Shown piece by piece: positions 26,801 through 34,223 of a stretch of DNA of 64,000 nucleotides. The stretch spans positions 384,001-448,000 of the forward strand of contig CAWFJJ010000030.1 in assembly GCA_963816185.1 (NCBI GenBank). Reading direction: 5' to 3'. Both the position numbers and the translations under genes were made by a program. Origin of the DNA: Thermoanaerobaculia bacterium. GTDB taxonomy: Bacteria > Acidobacteriota > Thermoanaerobaculia > UBA5066. The notes below the pieces were generated by a model. The model made no database searches, had not been told where the DNA came from, and worked only from the letters and a program-made list of their open reading frames with translations. Every line of letters starts with the position of its first letter. Position 1 is the first letter of the stretch.

Positions 26801-29488
26801 AACCGTCTCACGCCTTTCGCGAACGACCCGGTGAGCGACCCGCTGCCGGAGGCCGTCTTCGTTCGAGACGAGGAGACCGCCGACGTCTTCGGTGCGACAC
26901 CGGGAGTCCGCCCGCGGGAGAAGGAGGGCCTCTGGCTCGTGACGCACGAGGCGGGCCTGTCGCGGTTCCGGCGGAGGACGGCCGGAATCGTGCGCACGTT
27001 CGAGACCTTCGTCGCCCATGAGGACCCGGTCAAGCTGATGCTCCTCACGCTCGAGAACACCTCGGGCAGGTCCCGCCGCCTCTCCGTCTTCGCGTACGCC
27101 GAATGGGCTCTCGGTCCGCCGCGCCCGGAGGCGCCGCGGCACGTCGTCACGTCCGTGGCGCCCGACCTCCGCGCGATCCTCGCGCGCAATCCAGCGAGCG
27201 TGGATTTCAAGACGCGCGTCGCGTTCCTCGCCTCGAGCGAGCCCCTCGTCTCGTTCACCGCGGATCGCCGCGAGTTCCTGGGCTCTTTCCGGAACGTTCG
27301 CGCGGCGGCGGGCCCGCACTGCGCGCGGCTCTCGGGCCGGACAGGCGGAGGTCTCGACCCCTGCGCGGCCCTGCACGTCGCCGTGGCGCTCGAGCCGGGC
27401 GAGTCCCGCACGCTCGTGTTCCTCCTCGGCCAGGGGCGGGACGACGAGGAAGTGCGGAGTCTCGCGGCACGCTTCTCGCCGCCGAGCGAGGCCGCGAAAG
27501 AGAAGGAGCGCGTGAAGGCCGCGTGGGATGAGACGCTCGAGGCGCTCGTCGTCGAAACCCCCGACGACTCGCTCGATCTTCTCGTGAACCGATGGCTCCC
27601 CTGCCAGGCGATCGCCTCCCGCCTCTTCGGACGCACGGGTTACTACCAGCCCGGCGGCGCCTGGGGCTTTCGGGACCAGCTGCAGGACGTTTCCTCGCTC
27701 GTCCTCATAAGGCCCGATCTCGCGCGCGAGCACCTCCTGCGGGCTGCTCGACGACAGTTCCGCGAGGGCGACGTGCAGCACTGGTGGCACGAACCTTCCG
27801 GGCGGGGAACGCGCACGCGCTGCTCGGATGACCTGCTCTGGCTCCCCTGGGCGGCCCTGCGGTACGTCGACGTCACGGCGGACGCCTCCGTGTGGGACGA
27901 GAAGACCCCTTATCTTGAGGCCCCTCTCCTCGCCGAAGGCCAGCGGGAGTCGTACCTCGAGCCCGCCGTCTCGTCCGAGACCGACACGCTCTTCTCTCAC
28001 GCCGCGCGCGCCATCGACGCCGCGCTCACGGCAGGCGCGCAGGGCCTCCCGCTGATCGGCGCGGGGGACTGGAACGACGCCATGAACGAGATCGGCCCTG
28101 AGGGCCGAGGCGAAAGCGTCTGGCTGGGCTTCTTTCTCCATTCCGTGCTCGTCCCGTTCGCCGCGCTCTGCGAGAGACGCGGAGACGCCGCCCGCGCCGC
28201 GCGCTACCGGAACGAGGCCGAACGGCTGCGGCACGCGCTCGACCTCGCGTGGGACGGCGAGTGGTATCGGCGCGGGACGTTCGACGACGGGTCCCCGATC
28301 GGATCCCGGCGGAACGTGGACGGACAGATCGACTCGATCGCCCAGTCGTGGGCGGTGCTCTCCGGCGTGGCGCCGGCCGCCCGCGCAGAGCGGGCGCTCG
28401 ACGCCGTGCGGTCTCGCCTCGTCAGACGCGACGCCGAGATCGTCACGCTGCTCGCGCCGCCGTTCGACCGCGGTCCGGAGGATCCCGGCTACATCAAAGG
28501 CTATCCGCCGGGGATTCGCGAGAACGGGGGCCAGTACACGCACGCCGCCGCGTGGGTCGTCATGGCGGCGGCCGCGCTGGGCTCCGCCGACGAGGCGCTC
28601 GAGCTCTTTCACATGCTCAATCCGGTGAACCACACGCGCACCGAGGCGGCCGTGATGCGTTATGGGGGCGAGCCGTACGTCGTGGCGGGAGACGTGTCGG
28701 CCCACCCCGCCCATCTCGGACGCGCCGGCTGGACCTGGTACACCGGCTCGGCGGGCTGGCTTTACCGCATCGCCACGGAAAGCCTTCTCGGCCTTTACCT
28801 TCGAGGCGCCGAGCTGATTCTCGATCCCCGCATTCCGTCGACGTGGCCTTCCTACTCGGTCTCTCTTCGCGTCGGCGGCACACGCTGGAAGATCCGGATC
28901 GAGAACCCGGACGGAAAGACCAGCGGCGTTCGGGGCCTTCGAGTCGACGGGAGGGAGCTGCCGGGAAACGTCGTGCCCCTCCTCGATGACGGAGGCGTTC
29001 ACGAGGTCAGGGGCGTCCTCGGCGGCACGATCACGGCGCGTGAGCGGGCGACCGCCTCACCCGCGCGCACCCGTCCGCCGTCCGAGCAGCCCGGGGCGCG
29101 CGAGAACGTGCCGGCACAAGCGCAGCCGGACGTTCTCGTCGTGGACGACGACCGCGCGCTGCGCGACGGCATCCTCCGTCTTCTCGACGACGAGGGATTC
29201 AGCGGGATCGGAGCCGAGGATGGTCTCGAGGCGCTCCAGCACCTGGACGCGGGCCTTCGTCCCCGCCTCGTCCTCGTGGACCTCGAGATGCCGCGGATGA
29301 ACGGCTGGTCGTTCGTGAGGAGGATCGAGGAGCAGCCTGCGCTCGCTTCGCTTCCCGTCGTCGTGATGTCCGGCATCGCGACTCCGGGATTCGCGCCGGC
29401 CCGGCGGAACGACGCGGGCTTCCTCAAGAAGCCGCTCGCGCCCGCGGAGCTCCTCCGGGTGACCCGCCGGTACGCGTCCGGGCGATGA
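20900..29488 (+). CDS. Cyclic beta-1,2-glucan synthase (GT84 + GH94, NdvB/Cgs-type) with C-terminal receiver domain
   Basis: WLLDNFH, WMGWERKRGKL, TLDSDT, LLSHDLFEG, RWVRGDWQ, TSPTNIG, YVSTVDSGN, YDLLASEARL, GFRDQLQD, GDWND, GIRENGGQYTH, WYTGSAGW; then REC (VVDDD, VDLEMPRMNG, KKP). Confidence 0.93.
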   Translation: MLGERRRGPLGEFLPLERLEERARALGAAWTVAPRGGGRHVLSRLDENLPVLRRAYRVLASDVRAGEAVTPAVAWLLDNFHLLEAEVRGARHDLPRAYNRKLPRLVGAEHGGAARIEALAWDIVAQSDARLDAIWLERFLAAFQTVTPLTLAELWAWPSFLRAALVDHLRVLSDDLLEIRAERLRADALLARDPSARPLLPDPPPPAFATRVLQRAREYGASAGGLVAALADRLGATGQTLEDAVRAENQRQAALQVSIANAVSALRLCETLDWGQFVERVSLVDEALRYDPGGVYGRMDFSTRDRYRHAIEKLAPRSGEDQVRVARRAAARAREAPPEAGPRVAHVGWFLVGPGRPEFEKDVGQRRGPIARIRRSFFRHAAPLYLGCIFVLTAAGLVAVSAYARAAGVAPGVEMWAFALAALPISEIAVFLVQRFVDALIPPRRLPRLDFSTGVPESARTLVVFPTLFEGVAAVEPMLRHLEVQALANPDLHVHFALLSDFADAVDATRPDDDAILAAASRGIAALNAAHGTERFFLFHRVRRWNASEGLWMGWERKRGKLEELNRLLRGATDTSFGLQVGDLSILPSVRYVLTLDSDTRLPRDTARTLVGILEHPLNRPRLDPAIRRVTEGYGILQPRVSIATTSAASSRFARVFSGHTGVDPYTTAVSDTYQDLFGEGVFAGKGLYDVDAFQTALEGRVPENSLLSHDLFEGLYARTALVTDVEVVDDYPSNVLAHARRQHRWVRGDWQILRWLLPLVPTRLGLERNRLPLIAQWKILDNLRRSLLPPALLALFAAGLTLLPGNPLVWVLLASSVLALPLVGVLRSLAAGPRPQQPSLSFVRELFGDLETAAAQTLVGFAFLPHYAFESVHAIVLTLVRLVVTGRRLLEWETFAKAAARAAGLLAAGGPRSFFVEMASSPLAAALLALLVAAMRPSALPLAAPLLVLWALSPILAWWLSHAAPFGREALSAGDRDFLLSTARKTWRYFEELVQEDANGLAPDNLAVSRDGGSPLIAPRTSPTNIGLALLADLAAHDFGWLETDALLARLDRTLRTVEGLERWRGHLLNWYDTRTLEPHEPRYVSTVDSGNFAACLLVLAQGLREMRADGDLLRAQDLARRARSLADVMDFRPLYDASRGLFVTGCRPGVHDTVKRDETFYDLLASEARLASFLAIAKGDVPQSHWFRLGRLAVTLHGIPTLLSWSGSMFEYLMPLLFTRTYPQTLLDASCRMAIRRQEEWGRAHGVPWGASESAYRVTDLVGEHQYRAFGVPGLGFRRGLDEDLVVAPYASALAALLAPAKAVKNLRAFAAAGAEGPWGFWDALDYTEGDAPAEPDALPRTTDGRGVIVRTAFAHHEGMSLVAFANVLLGDVMVRRFHADPRVRATELLLQERPPREAPVPQPRPTEDEVLPLPASPAAAPRLLRSPHQPFPVTQYLSNGTLVSAITQAGGGASFWRGLSVARHREDPTSDPVSNALYLRDVRSGAVWSATFAPTRREPELYRATFLPELASFRRRDAEIESLLEVAVSPEDDVEVRRLTLTNLSDTTREIEATSAVEIALAKPQDDVAHPAFGKLFLETEAVPADAALLCTRRPRTAGEKPLFAVHVLAAAARVQGPLEWETDRVRFFGRGRDASDPEAMERRALSGTTGTVLEPILSLRQRVRLAPGAIARLTFTTGVADTRGAALALAQKYHDPSAAVRAFALARTHAQVAVRHLGLTPEEAHLFERLASRVLGSDRTLAAPPAVHEANTLDVSALWRRGISGDLPLLAVRIERAQDLALARQALEAQEYWRLKGLVADLILLNEHEEGYRKELHDLLTLLVERGPWASRAGKSGGVFLLRADLLSPDDHRALLAYARAVLRGEDGSLAMQLDRAAPFVPEAPPPPAARPRAVLEAERPPSGLKMANGFGGFGEGGRTYEIVLEGARETPLPWTNVLANPRFGSLVTASGAATTWSENSRENRLTPFANDPVSDPLPEAVFVRDEETADVFGATPGVRPREKEGLWLVTHEAGLSRFRRRTAGIVRTFETFVAHEDPVKLMLLTLENTSGRSRRLSVFAYAEWALGPPRPEAPRHVVTSVAPDLRAILARNPASVDFKTRVAFLASSEPLVSFTADRREFLGSFRNVRAAAGPHCARLSGRTGGGLDPCAALHVAVALEPGESRTLVFLLGQGRDDEEVRSLAARFSPPSEAAKEKERVKAAWDETLEALVVETPDDSLDLLVNRWLPCQAIASRLFGRTGYYQPGGAWGFRDQLQDVSSLVLIRPDLAREHLLRAARRQFREGDVQHWWHEPSGRGTRTRCSDDLLWLPWAALRYVDVTADASVWDEKTPYLEAPLLAEGQRESYLEPAVSSETDTLFSHAARAIDAALTAGAQGLPLIGAGDWNDAMNEIGPEGRGESVWLGFFLHSVLVPFAALCERRGDAARAARYRNEAERLRHALDLAWDGEWYRRGTFDDGSPIGSRRNVDGQIDSIAQSWAVLSGVAPAARAERALDAVRSRLVRRDAEIVTLLAPPFDRGPEDPGYIKGYPPGIRENGGQYTHAAAWVVMAAAALGSADEALELFHMLNPVNHTRTEAAVMRYGGEPYVVAGDVSAHPAHLGRAGWTWYTGSAGWLYRIATESLLGLYLRGAELILDPRIPSTWPSYSVSLRVGGTRWKIRIENPDGKTSGVRGLRVDGRELPGNVVPLLDDGGVHEVRGVLGGTITARERATASPARTRPPSEQPGARENVPAQAQPDVLVVDDDRALRDGILRLLDDEGFSGIGAEDGLEALQHLDAGLRPRLVLVDLEMPRMNGWSFVRRIEEQPALASLPVVVMSGIATPGFAPARRNDAGFLKKPLAPAELLRVTRRYASGR

Positions 29489-29515
29489 TTCGAGGCGCCG
29501 CCGGGCGCGCGGGCC

Positions 29516-30982
29516 TCAGGGCTCGAGCTTGTATTGCTTGATCTTGTTGTAGACGGTCTTGAGGCTCACGCGGAGGATCTCGGCGGCCTTCTTCTTGTTG
29601 CCTGAGACGGCCGCCAGCGTGCGCTCGAGAAGACGGCGCTCGACGTCCTCGAGCGAGTCCCCCACGCGGACCGGCACGCGGAGAGGATCGTCCGGCGCGG
29701 GCTGCTCGACGGCGCGGTTCGCCGCCGAGCCTTCGGCGGCCGCGGCGGACGGCTCGGTGGGAGGCCGTGGCGAGGCCGGCGCGGGCGGGCGCACGGCGGC
29801 GAATACCCCGCTCGCGCGGCCGGCGAGAACCCCAGCCACGATCGATTCGTCCACGACCCCGTCGTCCGAGAGCACGTACGCGCGGTGGACGACGTTTCGA
29901 AGCTCGCGCACGTTGCCGGGCCACGGGTGCGCGGCCAGCTTCTCGAGCGCGGCGGCCGAGAAGTTCCGACGTCCTCCCTCCTCGCTCTCGGCGACGAGGT
30001 CGAGGAAGTGTTTGGCGAGCACGGGGACGTCCTCGCGGCGTTCGCGCAGGGGCACGATGTGCAGCGGGAAGACGTTGAGGCGGTAATACAGGTCCTCCCG
30101 GAGCGTCTTCTTCTCGACGGCCTCGAGAAGATCGCGGTTCGAGCTCGAGATGACGCGAACGTCGCACCCGATCTCGTCGTTGCCTCCGACCCGACGGAAC
30201 GAGCGCGTCTCGAGCACGCGCAGGAACTTGACCTGCAGGTCGGCGGACATCTCGGTAATCTCGTCGAGAAAAAGCGTGCCGCCGTGGGCGAGCTCGAAAT
30301 ACCCGGCGCGGCGCTTGTCGGCCCCGGTGAAGGCGCCTTTCTCGTGCCCGAAAAGCTCGCTCTCGATCAGGTTCGCCGCGACCGCGCCGCAGTTGATCGC
30401 CACGAGCGGCTTCTCGCGCCGGCGCGAAAGCGAGTGGATCGTCTGTGCCGCCGCTTCCTTGCCGCTGCCGCTCTCGCCCGTGATCATGACGGGCGCATCC
30501 GAGCGCGCGATTCGCGCGATGACCGCGCACGTCTCGCGCATGGCGTTCGAGACGCCGACCATCGCCCCGAAGTGTCCGGTCTCGTCCAGGGTCTTCCACA
30601 GGGCGGCATCGCCGTCCTGAGAAGGACCCCCGGGCCGTAGGCGCTCGAGCACGGCTTCGAGCTGCACGGGACGAAGAGGCTTGACGAGATAGTCGAAGGC
30701 GCCTGCCTTCATCGCCTCGACCGCCGTGTCGAGCGATCCGTGGCCCGTCAGGACGACGATCTCCCGGCGAGGATCCGCGGCGCGGGCATCGCGGATGAAA
30801 TCGATGCCGTCCCCGTCGGGAAGCTGGAGATCGGTGAGACAGACGTCCGGATCGAACGACGCGAGAGCCGCGCGCCCCTCCGCGAGCGTCGACGCGGCTT
30901 TCACGTCGAGATCGAACTCCTCGAGGAGCATCTGAACTCCCTTTCGGGTCTCGGAGTCGTCTTCGACGACGAGGATCTTCAT
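29516..30982 (-). CDS. NtrC-family sigma54-dependent response regulator
   Basis: REC (TDLQLPDGDG), GESGSGKE, ELFGHEKGAFTGA, LFLDEI, WPGNVREL, C-terminal Fis HTH. Confidence 0.95.
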   Translation of the reverse strand: MKILVVEDDSETRKGVQMLLEEFDLDVKAASTLAEGRAALASFDPDVCLTDLQLPDGDGIDFIRDARAADPRREIVVLTGHGSLDTAVEAMKAGAFDYLVKPLRPVQLEAVLERLRPGGPSQDGDAALWKTLDETGHFGAMVGVSNAMRETCAVIARIARSDAPVMITGESGSGKEAAAQTIHSLSRRREKPLVAINCGAVAANLIESELFGHEKGAFTGADKRRAGYFELAHGGTLFLDEITEMSADLQVKFLRVLETRSFRRVGGNDEIGCDVRVISSSNRDLLEAVEKKTLREDLYYRLNVFPLHIVPLRERREDVPVLAKHFLDLVAESEEGGRRNFSAAALEKLAAHPWPGNVRELRNVVHRAYVLSDDGVVDESIVAGVLAGRASGVFAAVRPPAPASPRPPTEPSAAAAEGSAANRAVEQPAPDDPLRVPVRVGDSLEDVERRLLERTLAAVSGNKKKAAEILRVSLKTVYNKIKQYKLEP

Positions 30983-31659
30983 CGGCCCACCATCGGCAGG
31001 GATCCTGTCACGGTCAGGTGCGTTTCGTCCTCTTTGCCCTCCAGCCGGCCCCCGTGCGCCTCGAAGGTCCAGCGCGCGAGAAACGGGCCGAGCCCCGCAT
31101 TCGGGCGGCTGCGCGTCTTGAACAGCATCTCGCCGGGCGCTCCGCGCGCGAGCGGGACGCGAAACGAAAACGATACCGTTCCATCGTGCAGGTGCGTCTC
31201 GAGCTGCGCCTCCCCGGCCGCGGCCCAGCGCGACGCGGTCAGGAGCGCCTCCTGAGTCGCGGCCTCGAGCTCATCCTCGAACCCGTCCACGAACGCACCC
31301 TCCGAGGGCCCGACGCTGCGCAGCCTCAGGCCCCGCTGCTCGAGCTCCGGCACGCGTGCCCGAGCCGCGCGCGCCACGAGCGCCGCGAAATCCAGGAGGC
31401 CGGGGTCTCCCTCGTGGGCGCTTCCGAGCGCCGTGAGGCCGTCGAGAAGCCGGGAGGCCTCTTCGAGCTGCTCTTTCCCCGTCTCGAGGCCGGCGCGAAG
31501 CTTCTCAGGGATCGCCTCCTCGGCGCGGGCGGCGGCGCGCCGCGCGACCTCCAGGTGGAGAGCAGCGGCCGAAAGAGGAGTCGCAAATTCGTGACGCAGC
31601 GCACGGCATGCCCGAAGCGTGGCTCCCAGCCTATGCTGTTCGAAGGTCTCACGCACCAT
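30979..31659 (-). CDS. Sensor-less histidine-kinase-like protein with degenerate ATPase domain
   Basis: H-box LRHEFATPL and G2-like GLGPFLARWTFEAHGGRL, but no N-box Asn or DxGxG. ATG 31659 is chosen because it lies downstream of the promoter. Confidence 0.75.
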   Translation of the reverse strand: MVRETFEQHRLGATLRACRALRHEFATPLSAAALHLEVARRAAARAEEAIPEKLRAGLETGKEQLEEASRLLDGLTALGSAHEGDPGLLDFAALVARAARARVPELEQRGLRLRSVGPSEGAFVDGFEDELEAATQEALLTASRWAAAGEAQLETHLHDGTVSFSFRVPLARGAPGEMLFKTRSRPNAGLGPFLARWTFEAHGGRLEGKEDETHLTVTGSLPMVGR

Positions 31660-31704
31660 GACGGCTCTTTTCTGGGCCTGGAAAACGCATGTAAACATCC
31701 AAAT

Positions 31705-31720
31705 AGCAATGCTGGGGCCA
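31705..31720 (-). promoter_or_regulatory. sigma54 promoter of the kinase-like/NtrC operon
   Basis: TGGCCCCAGCATTGCT in an AT-rich context. Confidence 0.7.
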
Positions 31721-31752
31721 TCGTAAATATTACGGAGGACCCGAAGGAGAGT

Positions 31753-33072
31753 TTAGAGACCGCTTCCTTTCAGAACCGTGACGATCGTCCGCAGGAGGAT
31801 GAAGACGTCCAGAAACGGCGTCCAGTGGAATAGATAGCCGAGATCGTAACGCAGCTTGACGTCCGGCTTCGTCGCGTAGGCACCCATGACCTGAGCGAGG
31901 CCCGTGAGGCCCGGCTTGAGCGCGTGGCGCAGGCGGTAGGCGGGAATCTCCTTCTCGTACGCCGCCACGAACTCCGGCCGTTCGGGCCGCGGCCCGATGA
32001 GACTCATCGAGCCTCCCACCACGTGCAGAAGCTGCGGCAGCTCGTCGAGCCTCGTCCGCCTCAGAAACGCGCCGGTGCGCGTCACCCGGTCGTCGTCGGG
32101 GCCGGACAGCGTGGGCCCCGTACGGGCCTCGGCGTCGGCCCGCATCGTGCGCACCTTCCACAGGAGAAATTCGCGGCCGCCCAGGCCGACCCGGCGCTGG
32201 CGGATCCACGGAGCGCCCCGACTGCCGAGGGCGACCGCCAGCGTGACGAGAAAGAGAATCGGAGCTGCGACGGCGAGCAAAACGGATCCGAGGACGAGGT
32301 CGAGCGCGCGACGCCATACGAACGCGAGGAAGCTCGCACCGCGTGTCGCGACGGGCGTCAACGGAAGATCCGCGAGACTCCTCGTGACCGCGCGCGACGA
32401 CACGATGTCGGCGAGCCCGGGAAGGACCCAGAGGTCGAAGTCGCTCTCGAGGCTCCTCTCGAGAAGAGCGACGAGCGCGGGACGATCCTCGAACCGGTCG
32501 GACGCGAAGACCACGTCCTCGGCCCCCTTCAGATCATCGATCGACGCGCTCTCGCTCCATCCGGCCAGCGTGTGGCCCGTGATTTCGCCGGCGCGCAAAG
32601 CGTCGGCGGCGCGCCGGGCATCCTCTCCCGAGCCGAGCACGAGGACGGAGCGCGTGCCGATCGGCGCGAGCACCTCGGCGAGCGATCGCCAGAGCCCGAG
32701 CGCGAACGACAGAACCGGCACGTAAATGAGGAGAACGGTCCTCGGCACGGCGCGGCCGGCGAAAAAGTACGCCGCGAGGAGCAGGCCGCCCGCGACGAGC
32801 GCGGACACGAGCAGGCCGCCGCGCTCCTTCACCGAAGCGAGCGGCTCGTCGTACGTGCCCGCGAGCCACAGAGCCATGACGGCCGCGCAGCCCGTGAGCG
32901 CGAGCCACGGAGCCTCCAGCGGGAGATTGGACGCCGGAAGCGTTCCGAGCGTTCCCGGCAGCGGGAGGACGCGGCGAAGCGCGACGATCAGCGCGAAGAG
33001 CCCCACCGCGACGGATGCGTCGCCGGCCGCGAGAAGCCACCCCCGGCCGGGCTTCTGCCCGTGGGGTTTCAC
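31753..33072 (-). CDS. Polyprenyl-phosphate glycosylphosphotransferase (WcaJ/WbaP-like sugar transferase)
   Basis: KVRTM, DDRVTRTGAFLRRTRLDELPQL, GSMSLIGPRPERP, KPGLTGLAQV. Confidence 0.93.
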   Translation of the reverse strand: MKPHGQKPGRGWLLAAGDASVAVGLFALIVALRRVLPLPGTLGTLPASNLPLEAPWLALTGCAAVMALWLAGTYDEPLASVKERGGLLVSALVAGGLLLAAYFFAGRAVPRTVLLIYVPVLSFALGLWRSLAEVLAPIGTRSVLVLGSGEDARRAADALRAGEITGHTLAGWSESASIDDLKGAEDVVFASDRFEDRPALVALLERSLESDFDLWVLPGLADIVSSRAVTRSLADLPLTPVATRGASFLAFVWRRALDLVLGSVLLAVAAPILFLVTLAVALGSRGAPWIRQRRVGLGGREFLLWKVRTMRADAEARTGPTLSGPDDDRVTRTGAFLRRTRLDELPQLLHVVGGSMSLIGPRPERPEFVAAYEKEIPAYRLRHALKPGLTGLAQVMGAYATKPDVKLRYDLGYLFHWTPFLDVFILLRTIVTVLKGSGL

Positions 33073-34223
33073 GCTCTCCCACCCGCCACGCGATAGGCCG
33101 CGGCCAATGCCGCGACGGAAGCGCGACGATCCGCGTGCGCCTCGGCGAACGCACGACAGGCCGCGCCGTCACGGGCAGCCCGCGCGGAATCCGTCAGGTA
33201 AGCCGTGATCTCCCGCGCGAACTCCTCGTCCGTGGTGGCGGCGCGCGCGGGAGCCGTCGCGCCGGACGAGCGGGCGCGCGCGATGACGCCCGCCGAGGCG
33301 ACGACCGCCGCCCCGGCTTCGAAGGCCTCGAAGACTTTGTTCGGTGTGCCCGTTCCGAGATCTACCGGAGCGACCACGACGCGCGCCCGCCTCAGGAACT
33401 CCGCCATGTCGGGAACTGGGCTCACGATCTCGACTCCTTCGCGCCCGTCCGATGCGCGGACCTCGCCGGGCGCGTCGGCCCCACCCACCAGAAGGCGCGC
33501 TTCCGGCACGGCGCGCTTGACGCGCGGCCAGATCTCGCGGAGCAGCCGTCGCGCCGCCAAGCGATTCGGACGGTACATGAGACGCCCGGTGAAGGCCACG
33601 ACCGGCGGGCGCTCCGAAGGCCCGGCCGGCAGCAGAGCCACGCCGTTCGCCACGGCGCGCGTGCCTGCGGGGAGATGCTCGGCATCGAACGGCGTCGTTG
33701 CGAGGAGAACTGCCGCGTCCTGGGAGGCCCGCACCTCGGCGCGTGCGAGGCGCGGCGCCTCGAGCGCCCAATATGCCCGACGCCACGGTGCCGGGTCATC
33801 CCGAGCTGCCTGCCGTGCGCCTTCGGCGAGCGCGTCGACGAAGTCGACGACGCGAGGGAGCTGCGGCAGCGGTCCAAGGTGCGCCAGCAGGCGCGGGAGG
33901 AGGACGCAGACGAGCAGGTCTGCCCCGCAGACCGCCTCTCTCAGGGCGGGGCCGAAAGATCCTGCGAATAGAGCGGATTGAAGGGGCTCGCCGGACGCGG
34001 CTGCCCGCGCGAGGGCCGCCGGAAGCCGCGAGCGATCGAGGCGTACGGGATGAACGGACACTCCGCCCGGCATTCGCGGAATCTCTTCTCCCCGGGCGAC
34101 CCCGCCTACGAGCACCGTCTCGTAGCCCGCCTCGTCGAGCGCGAGAAGGTGCAGCTCGGCCCGCAGGCGATCGCCCGTGAAGCCCGTCCCGGGAAGGCGC
34201 GGAACGAGAAGGACGGCTTTCAC
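33069..34223 (-). CDS. Glycosyltransferase family 4
   Basis: GTGA overlap; TGDRLR, DFVDAL, FTGRLMYRPN, GTGTPNKVFEAF. Confidence 0.85.
   Translation of the reverse strand: MKAVLLVPRLPGTGFTGDRLRAELHLLALDEAGYETVLVGGVARGEEIPRMPGGVSVHPVRLDRSRLPAALARAAASGEPLQSALFAGSFGPALREAVCGADLLVCVLLPRLLAHLGPLPQLPRVVDFVDALAEGARQAARDDPAPWRRAYWALEAPRLARAEVRASQDAAVLLATTPFDAEHLPAGTRAVANGVALLPAGPSERPPVVAFTGRLMYRPNRLAARRLLREIWPRVKRAVPEARLLVGGADAPGEVRASDGREGVEIVSPVPDMAEFLRRARVVVAPVDLGTGTPNKVFEAFEAGAAVVASAGVIARARSSGATAPARAATTDEEFAREITAYLTDSARAARDGAACRAFAEAHADRRASVAALAAAYRVAGGRA

Noticed and set aside
20986-29002. Very long alternative-frame and antisense ORFs over the glucan synthase (2011, 1778 and 866 aa), and similar ones over maeB, gdh, the TonB receptor and the TPR gene
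   Set aside because: These are shadow ORFs expected from stop-codon scarcity in ~70% GC coding DNA; they are Arg/Pro/Gly-rich and lack recognisable motifs.
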